Assembly (NCBI RefSeq): GCF_009914755.1
Contig: NC_060926.1
Strand: one strand, 5' to 3'
From: the human T2T-CHM13v2.0 reference genome, Homo sapiens
DNA: 64,000 bases
Shown here piece after piece: positions 55,910 through 64,000 of the stretch. Below the pieces are notes generated by a model. It searched no databases and was not told where the DNA came from. It saw only the letters and a list, made by a program, of their open reading frames with translations. A program made the position numbers and the translations under genes. How positions within the stretch are numbered: position 1 is the stretch's first letter; each line of letters begins with the position of its first letter.

Positions 55910-56376
55910 GTGGCAGAGACTTCTGGTGGTCCCTCCATCCCATTTTCTTCTTGTCCTCAGTCATGGAACTCACAGCTTAATACATGGCTGCACAACTCCT
56001 TGCAGCTAGTTGTGGTCATGTGACTACATTCTGGCCAATGGGATACAAGTAGAAGAGGTAGGCATGTCTTTCTGGAAGTGTCCACAAGGAGTGGGATCTC
56101 ATTTTCTACTGCCTTTGTTCCTCCTTCTTGCTGTTTGGAAAGTAGATGGGCTGGATGGATGGGGATCAGCCTTCTTGAGCCACAAGGTAGAAGCTGAGTG
56201 TTAAGAGTGGCAGAACACAAGACAGAACTAGCCTGAATCCCCAATAATTCTGAAACCTACACATCAACTCTAGACTGCCTACATTTACATGAGGGAGAAG
56301 CATACTTCTACCTTTTCAAATCCACTGTCATTTTAGGTCTTCTTTCACTCATGACCAAATCTAACCTTGGCTAATA
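55910..56376 (+). mobile_element. MLT1J/I-like MaLR LTR
   Basis: 'ggtcatgtgactacattctggccaatggga...gcagaacacaagacagaa...ctaaccttggctaata'. Confidence 0.7.
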
Positions 56377-56519
56377 AAAATGGTGAGTATCCCAGCCTAA
56401 TGTCTCCATTCTTCTGTCGCCCAGGTATCAGGACTGCTCTTTGCTCACTGCCAAGAAGCACGTTTCAGCGTGATCACATCCACAGCTCAAGTTAACTGTA
56501 TTCTCTCCAATATTACTCA

Positions 56520-56840
56520 TATTGTAATCTATCACAAGCCTTGGAATCAAAAAACCAGCCAGGCATTTGCAGCGTCACCTCGGGTAAATCATGCAATGCT
56601 TCTGTCCTCAGCTTTTTCATGTATCAAATGAGTATGGTAACTCCTATCTTGATGATAATAACATGTATTTATGATCCTTGGAATGTTGCTGTGAGGTAAG
56701 CATTACAACTGGAACTTTTCTGATAAGCAGACAGAGTTTCAAAAAATAAAGTTCCCAAGATTACATAGGTTAGAAAGTAGCAGAACAGGAATTCAAATGC
56801 AGGTAAGTCTATTCTAAATGCTATGGTCCTTCAGATACAT
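56520..56840. mobile_element. Two MIR fragments in opposite orientation
   Basis: 'cacctcgggtaaatc...tctgtcctcagctttttcat' and 'ttcccaagattacataggttagaaagtagcagaacaggaattcaaa'. Confidence 0.6.
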
Positions 56841-59800
56841 TTTACTTGTTCTACCTCTTGCCTTGTGAACAGTAACTGAGGTAACCTGAGCAGTTAGATT
56901 ACCTGTCACATAGTAGATGCACATCATGTGTGAATTATCTCCCCCTCTACTCTTACATGTTGGTGAGATGAGAGCATTTTGCTTTCATTCTTGTCTGTAT
57001 ATGACCTTACATTAGGACAGCTTTGTGAAATAATCAGTCTGGATGAATTCCATGTTTAACTAAAAATATCATAGAATACAATTTTATCCTTGAAGAATCC
57101 CAGGCCTGGTAATTTTTCAACAGATTGAATGCATTAAGCTTTTGTATATACATAGACCCATGCTGGAAGATATACAAAGTTAATCGAAGAGTAACAATTC
57201 CTGTCCTTTAAGAATTTATAACCTAAAATATACCACAGAGATGTGAGCTCAAATACACAAATTCAAACAAACATCAACACATGAATAAAGAAGAACAGTA
57301 CAACCTTTCAGTCTTGTGTTGAACAGAACTGCTTTTAACATACACACACAAATTAGAATAATATTTAAACACAAATCAGAACCTCCATGAGTGGGAAGGA
57401 TGAAGAGTTTTTCTGAAGGAAGAAGGCACCCTCCCAATCAAGTTCACACACCAGGATTTCTCTAACACATATACAATGCCAAGAAAACAAGCTCTCAGAT
57501 GCTGGAGTGCAAAGGTACTTTTGCATAAACTAACTATTTAGCAAAATAGTCCTGTTAAAATGAAGTTATTTATTTTAAGACAGGAAAAAAAGAAAAAAAC
57601 TTTCCATTGATTTTTTTCATCAAAAACAGTGTAATACAGAAGCAACAAAGCAAGAATTTTCTTCCAGGTTTTGACATTTAGAAGCCCTCCACCCATTTGG
57701 TACCTACAGACTGGGAAATACATTTAGGAAAGAAAATCAACAGTAAGGTTCACAACACAGAAAAACCAACTAGCTAAGATTTTAAATAACCTTCACCATA
57801 TAACAGTAATGATGCAGCTACAGTCTGCTTCTTCATGGTATTTTTCATTTTGAAAGAAATACTTTCTTGCCTCATTTCTAGAAGGTCCAAGCTATACTTC
57901 CCTTAAGCAGTGGACTTCTGCACTGGTTAAATAAAACACCCTCCACCTCTCTCCTACTTCTCTATGGCTCAAATTCCCCTTCCCAAAGCCTGAATTTCAT
58001 TTAGGAAAAACTTCTCACAATAAATTTAAGTCAAGTTAACTCTGCACCTCTTCAAAACTTAAAAGAAAGAACAGTTTCAATTGCAGCCCCTGGCCAAATC
58101 TACCACCTGTGTATTGACAGACTTAAAAAATCAACATTAGAAATAAACAAAGCAAAACTCTACCTCTATTCCCACTTATGAACTGTGTCTGGCAGATTAA
58201 CCTGAAAATTACAGTGGGGAAGATTCTGCAGTGATTCTTACACTGAATATAAAGACAGCCCCAAGCTGAGGGTTTTCATCTTCACCTGATTTATTCCTTC
58301 CTTTCTTCCATCTATTTCATTCCCAAGGCAGTGACTCAATTTTTTTCCTATTGAAGTCATTGAAAGAATGCAATCTATCTTATCCAAGCGAAACAACTTC
58401 ATTCATCGTATTATAGTCACATCAATTAGGAGTTAATGGGTAAAATAAAACATCAAGAACCTCCCTTTTGACCCATATCATCTTTTCTGCATATTCCTGA
58501 TGCCCTGGGACAGTTCAGTTCACCCTCTTCCTTATTTATTTTATTTAATAAATATTTATTGAATGCCTACTGAGTGACCTGCATTGTAGTAGATATTTGT
58601 TGTTTAACACTTATTTGATATTCAGCTCTTGCAGACGTATACTGATTGAGACTTATTCATACCTCCTATCTTCTAACAAAAAATATAAGCTCTTTAGTAG
58701 GAGCAGGGGTCAGGTGAGTGGGGGACCATACTTGCTCTTCTCTTCATTGCCTAGCAGATATTTCAAACAGTATTTTCTCAATAAATACTTTGTATATCAA
58801 AGACCAGGTTTCAGCTACCTGTTATTTCTGTTTTGAAGCCTTAAAGGACTCAAACCATTGTGGCCCTTTCTCAGTTAAAAATTTTGAAGTTTCTTTCTGG
58901 TCTGTGGACTATAATGGGTACAGTTCACCTCTCCACAAGTTAGAAGGAAATTGAATTTCAGTCTTTGGGGAATCACCTATGTTGCAGACACTGCCAGATG
59001 TGCTAGTTACACATGCCTGCTTTGTGAATACAGTGAGCCCAACTTACGTTATTGACTGCATTGAAACAATGGCTAATTTTATTCCAGACTCTGCACAGTG
59101 CCACAAAACTGTAGCTACCATAATGATGTTATAAGAACTTGAATACTTCAGTGCAAGACTTGCCAACTGGAAACACACCTTCAGTGATATGAATTGGCTT
59201 GAAACTATTGTTGGAAAGGTAAACATCTTTTCAACCCTTGAGTCTTTCATTTGAAATAGATACACACGATTTCTCGGAATGCCCCCAAAAATATGATCAA
59301 GGAATTTCTAACATTTAAATAAGATGCATACATTACAGGATGTAAAAATGGGACATTGTTATTACAGTTCCTATTGAGTGCCACACACAGAACAAAAGTG
59401 TTAAGTTGCTAAATGACCATGTCTTCTATGTGGTGCCAGAATATCTATGCAGGACTTATTCGTATGGTAGGCAAAAATTAGTTCTGTCAGTCTTAGCCTA
59501 TCACTACCTCTAGACTACATAAAAGAAAGAGATGGGATAGATTAAGATAGTTCGATATAAGAGACAGAATCTCTAAGGATCAAGTTGTTGGAAATATTTT
59601 GTGTTTCCTCTCTTCTCCCAAGAGGAGAAAAACTACCCTCCACCAATTTGAGACCCATTATGTGGCAGAGGGATTTTTTAAACTTCCTGGAAAGTTTGAA
59701 GTGAGTCTTACATGATTTGGACACTGTTTATTGATTCCTACTTAGAAAAGTTTAAAAGACCTGAAGCTGCTCCTCGTGGCATAAGAAGAAGAAAAGCAAC

Positions 59801-60234
59801 TATAGTGTGAGAAAATTTCACCTCTGTCAGTGATGGACAAAAATAAACCCTTTTAAAGGAGTTGGGCTTGAGTCAGATTGAGTCATTAATTCTGAACGCC
59901 AGAGCTAGGTCACCCCAAAAAAGAGTCTATGTGGGTTGTACCAGCCAAAATTGAGCTAAAGGAAGAACTCATAGAGGACCAGTTGCAGAGCTATCTTTTG
60001 CTTCAGGGAACAGTGCAAGAAGTCACCTGTAAGGATGGATGTCTGAAAAGCCCACAAAATTTTCCGAGAAGATAAAGAGCAAGCTTTTGGCCATTTTCCA
60101 AACCCAGAGAACACTAATACTAAATTACCATGTGATGAACCCAGTAACTTTTCACTTCTACTTCCCCTTCTTCCTCCTCTTACCTAATCCCAAAGGGCCA
60201 GAGGCAGCATAAAGAGTACAGTATGCTCTCATTT

Positions 60235-60415
60235 ATGTTCTCTTGGTATACTTGCTTTTGAAACCAATTCACCATTTTGTGAAGAAGTCCAAGCAGCCTG
60301 AGGGGAGTCCTACATGGAGAGAAACCAAGCTTTGGCTGAATTCCCAGCCAACAGCCAGCAACCTACTTGCAAGCCATATGACAGAGCTGCCTAGAAAGCA
60401 GATCTTCCAGCCCCC
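60235..60415 (+). mobile_element. MLT1F/G-like LTR fragment with the 3' part missing
   Basis: 'gtgaagaagtccaagcagcc...cccagccaacagccagca...cagatcttccagcccc'. Confidence 0.65.
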
Positions 60416-60421
60416 AAAATG

Positions 60422-60523
60422 ACCATGTTGGTCAGGCTGGTCTCAAACTCCCAACCTCAGGTGATCCGCCCACCTCGGCCTCCAAAGTGCTGGGATTACA
60501 GGTGTGAGCCACGGCGCCCAGAC
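60422..60523 (-). mobile_element. Alu (Sp/Sq-like) 5' ~100 bp only
   Basis: Antisense Alu positions ~1-100. The middle A tract, right arm and tail are absent. Confidence 0.9.
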
Positions 60524-61249
60524 AAGAAATAGCTTTTTATGATCTACACACCAGGTAGGAAAGAATTAGACTGAGGCAGTTGGTAAACTTGTTAATAATA
60601 TAACCCTGCTAAAATTGTTGTTTTGTTTATTGGAAGTGTTATTGAAAGTTTATTACTATTAAAAAATAAATTTTTAAATGCATATGCTTGGCTCTTTAAT
60701 AACACTATTTGATAAAGTTATTTTTAAAACATTACTTACATTATCCAATCATTTCTGTCATTTTAAGAGTTCAACATATTACAATTAATGTCACCACACA
60801 TAGAATCATAAAATACATGAGGCAGAAATGATCTTAAAGATCATCTAATCTAATCCACAAATTTTATGACTGAGGAAACTGAATCCTAGAAATGAGAAGT
60901 CACTTATTCAGGATTACATATCTTAATAGGGCAGAAAAAGGCAAAAACATGTATGTCTTTATTCCTATTCCAGGATTCTTTATACCATCTTGCATAACAT
61001 ATAGAACTTCAATAAATATATAATTGTCTAGATATATATTATATGAATGAATAAGTATCTATAAACAATTGCAAATATATAAATGTTTAAATGGGATAGC
61101 ATTGTTGAGAAACAGCATAATTTGAAACTTCTCTATAGTTAGTATACATTTTCAATAAAGGACAAATTTAAATGATAGGAGAATGTTAACTGAGAATTAT
61201 AATAATAGCATAGTTTTTCATATTTAAATAGCACATTTCATGACTGTTC

Positions 61250-62170
61250 ATTCATTCATTCCATAAACAACTGGATATCTACCATGTGCCAAATACTCAG
61301 GGCAAGGCATACAGGCCTGAATAAGAAGTGAAGTCTAGAATTTAGAGTCTGAAAGAAAATAGAGATATTAAAAAATGTAATCACAAGTATGATGAGTGTT
61401 ATAGGAAAACTCACCTTGCATAAATTACTTAATCTACCTAAACCTCCATTTCTCATTTGTAAAATAAGCATAATGATAATCAAATCATATGATTAAAGAA
61501 TCAATTTTATCTTATAGTTTCTGCATGGATTAAATGAAGTAAATGAACTAGAAGATAATGATTCTGCAATAAATATTGACTCTAACCATTCTTAATAAGG
61601 TTACAGGGTGACAAGGGGTGCATAAGAGGGGCACTCATATTGGTCTTTATGTTATGGGAAGACTTCCCTAAGGAGGTAATACTATGGAAAAGTAATAATT
61701 AGCTGCCTAAAATAAAAGGGGGTGTTTTAGGCAGAAAAAAAACAACACATTTACAAGTTTGAAGGGCTGGAAATGAGAAATAATGCACCTCATTTGAGAA
61801 CTATAGTCGTACTGTCCAATACAATAGCCTCTAGCCATGTGTGGTTAAGTTTAAATGTAAACAAATTGTAATTAAACAAGCCTAAAAATTCAATTCCTCA
61901 GTCATGCCAGGTGCATTTCAAGTCCTCGATAGTAACGTGTAGCTAGTAGTTACCAGGTTGGAGAGCACAGACACAGAACATTTCTGTCACTACAGTAGGT
62001 TCTACTGAACAGCACTGAACTAAAATTTAGAATGGCTTGAATTCAGAAAACCAAGGAGACAATGATGGCTCATAAGTGTGGAGAAGCAGGTGGGGTCAGA
62101 GATTACAGTGGACCTTTTGAGTCACGTAAATAATTTGGGACTTTATTTTAGAGGCAATGGAAATTTTTCC
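61250..62170 (-). mobile_element. L2 remnant with nested MIR (about 61400-61560) and MER3
   Basis: 'ttcattcattcattccat...ctaccatgtgcc' at the left and 'tttgggactttattt agaggcaatggaa' at the right. Confidence 0.6.
61804..62017. mobile_element. MER3 hAT-Charlie MITE
   Basis: 'ctgtccaatac...tagccatgtgtgg...aaaattcaattcctcagtc...tctactgaacagcactg', about 210 bp. Confidence 0.8.
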
Positions 62171-64000
62171 TCAATAAATCATCTATTTTTATAAAGTAAA
62201 TTAAAATTAAACTCTTTTTATCTTAAACACCTTACATAGATTGTTTCATTGCTGTTGTCACAGCATACTTTTCCATATAAGTTTTCATTGTGGAGAATTT
62301 GAAGCAGTGAGGATTACATTCACATTTTATGCATCGCAATTCTGTGATGTGCTCCAAACCCAATAGCAGCTAGTCTAAATTAAAACTAGAATCTAAGCCG
62401 TCTACCTTTTGTCCAAAGGGGTCTGTGGCTAAATATAACCACTTTATATATTTTTGCTTCCTTGCAGAGAAATGTTTATAAAAGATGTTGATATTCCTGT
62501 GTATAGATTTCATTTGAAAAATACTGATGTCATAAAAATATTGAAAACACACATTTAGAAGGAAATACTTATTCCAAGTTTACTTTCTACAAATAGCCTA
62601 TAATTTTGCCTCTCTATTTTTGCTTTCTGAGAAAAAATAGAGACACTTCTACATGGAAAATCAAGTAACCTTGAGAAGGGTAAATTGTTGGCACAGTTGT
62701 TAACAGTGGCATTGTGAACTGTGTGGAAGACATGTACAAAATCCAACTAATGCTCACATTGTCCTTGTATGATGGGCACCATCACAGCTTTTAAAATTAT
62801 GATGTAGTCTTTTATTAATGAACTTTGAAATATTAAAAAATTGCCGCTATTCTGTTAGCAGCATGCATTCCTTGCATTATTAATCTCTCTAACCCCTTCA
62901 TGTCCTTACTATCTAACTATAAAAACACTTGAACAAATAATAGAGCCCAGTAAAATCCTTCATCGCAGAATCTAAGAGGAATGCTATGTGAGGTCCAAGA
63001 CAAGAATAAATACATTTCCTACATTCTGAGGAAAACAGCATTCAGATTAAAGCTAATTTATAGTGGGGTGGTTTTTATAAGGTTTTGTTTTTTACTTCAA
63101 CTTGGCCTTCTTAAGAGCTTGTGAAGGTTACAATGCTTACTCACAAGAGACTCTTCATTATAAATGGAGAGATATGTCAGGACCAACAAAGCAATTTGCA
63201 AATTATTAGGCATTATATTCAGCCATGTAGTTATAATCTACAGGCCTCAGAAATGTTAAGGATGGATGGTGTATTCAAATGAATTGAAAATAAATAATTT
63301 ACCAGCTGAACTCTGGTTTGACAGTATATTTATTCAACTAAAAGTTGCTTAACTCTATGAAATCCTCAAAAGTGTAGGACCTGGCCTTAAATAATCACCA
63401 AATTCACTCAATTAAAATAAAATATATTTAAATTTCTTTGTTAAATTTTTACCAGATATAATTTCTCAATCTGGCATATTTATTTTTCTATAGCTTTGGT
63501 TACAGGTATCTATTCCAACTTTCTAAATAAGGCTGCTTATTTTTTAAAAAAAGAGGCCAAGAACAGACTGAGTCAAAACCCTTGCTTTGCACTATTCAGC
63601 AGACAAATGCCACATCATAATCAATTATCCACAAAATGAGACCTTCTTATGCATCCATGGAAATAGACTAAAACATTGGCAACCAGAAAGGAATTTCCAG
63701 AAGCTGTCAATGGGTGAACCCAGAATTCACCAATAAAGATCAGCAATTCTACCCTCCACAAACTTGAATATTTTTACTTAAAATTTGTTTGCCTGAAGGA
63801 AGCTTTCATTTAAAAGCAGGAAAAGTTTTTTAAAATTTACATTAAAGAAATCTATCTATGCTAACTATATCATCGGATTTATAATGTAAAATCAGGGAAT
63901 TCTGAGTTTACAAACTAATGTATTACAAAGCAGTTGTTATCAAGAGTATTGAGGGTTAAGTAGGAATCATCTGTCCATGAGCATCATAACATAAATCTCA

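Overview
Primate, very probably human (it carries an AluYa5), AT-rich, repeat-dense non-coding DNA. I cannot recognise any protein-coding exon, RNA gene or CpG island, and almost all ORFs in the track are decayed L1, Alu, mariner or LTR sequence, simple-repeat artefacts or chance ORFs. The window holds six primate-age L1 insertions, all on the + strand. It also holds about ten Alus or Alu fragments, a full-length decayed Hsmar1 mariner, a solo LTR12 (ERV9) inserted in an Alu, MaLR LTRs, Charlie1a, MER44 and MER3 DNA transposons, and old L1M, L2 and MIR remnants. I found no new biological system. The most notable items are: a polyadenylated mRNA-3'UTR retrocopy inside an L1 ORF2; a 3.8-kb composite block splitting a Charlie1a element, which looks like an ancient 3' transduction; a 1.4-kb TA-rich VNTR built from inverted L1 sequence with fold-back junctions; a dispersed duplicate of a forkhead-motif cassette; a probable deletion junction; and an LTR12 promoter pointing at a 187-codon non-repeat ORF. 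Repeat subfamily names come from recalled consensus sequences, not from a search, and boundaries of the old elements are approximate.
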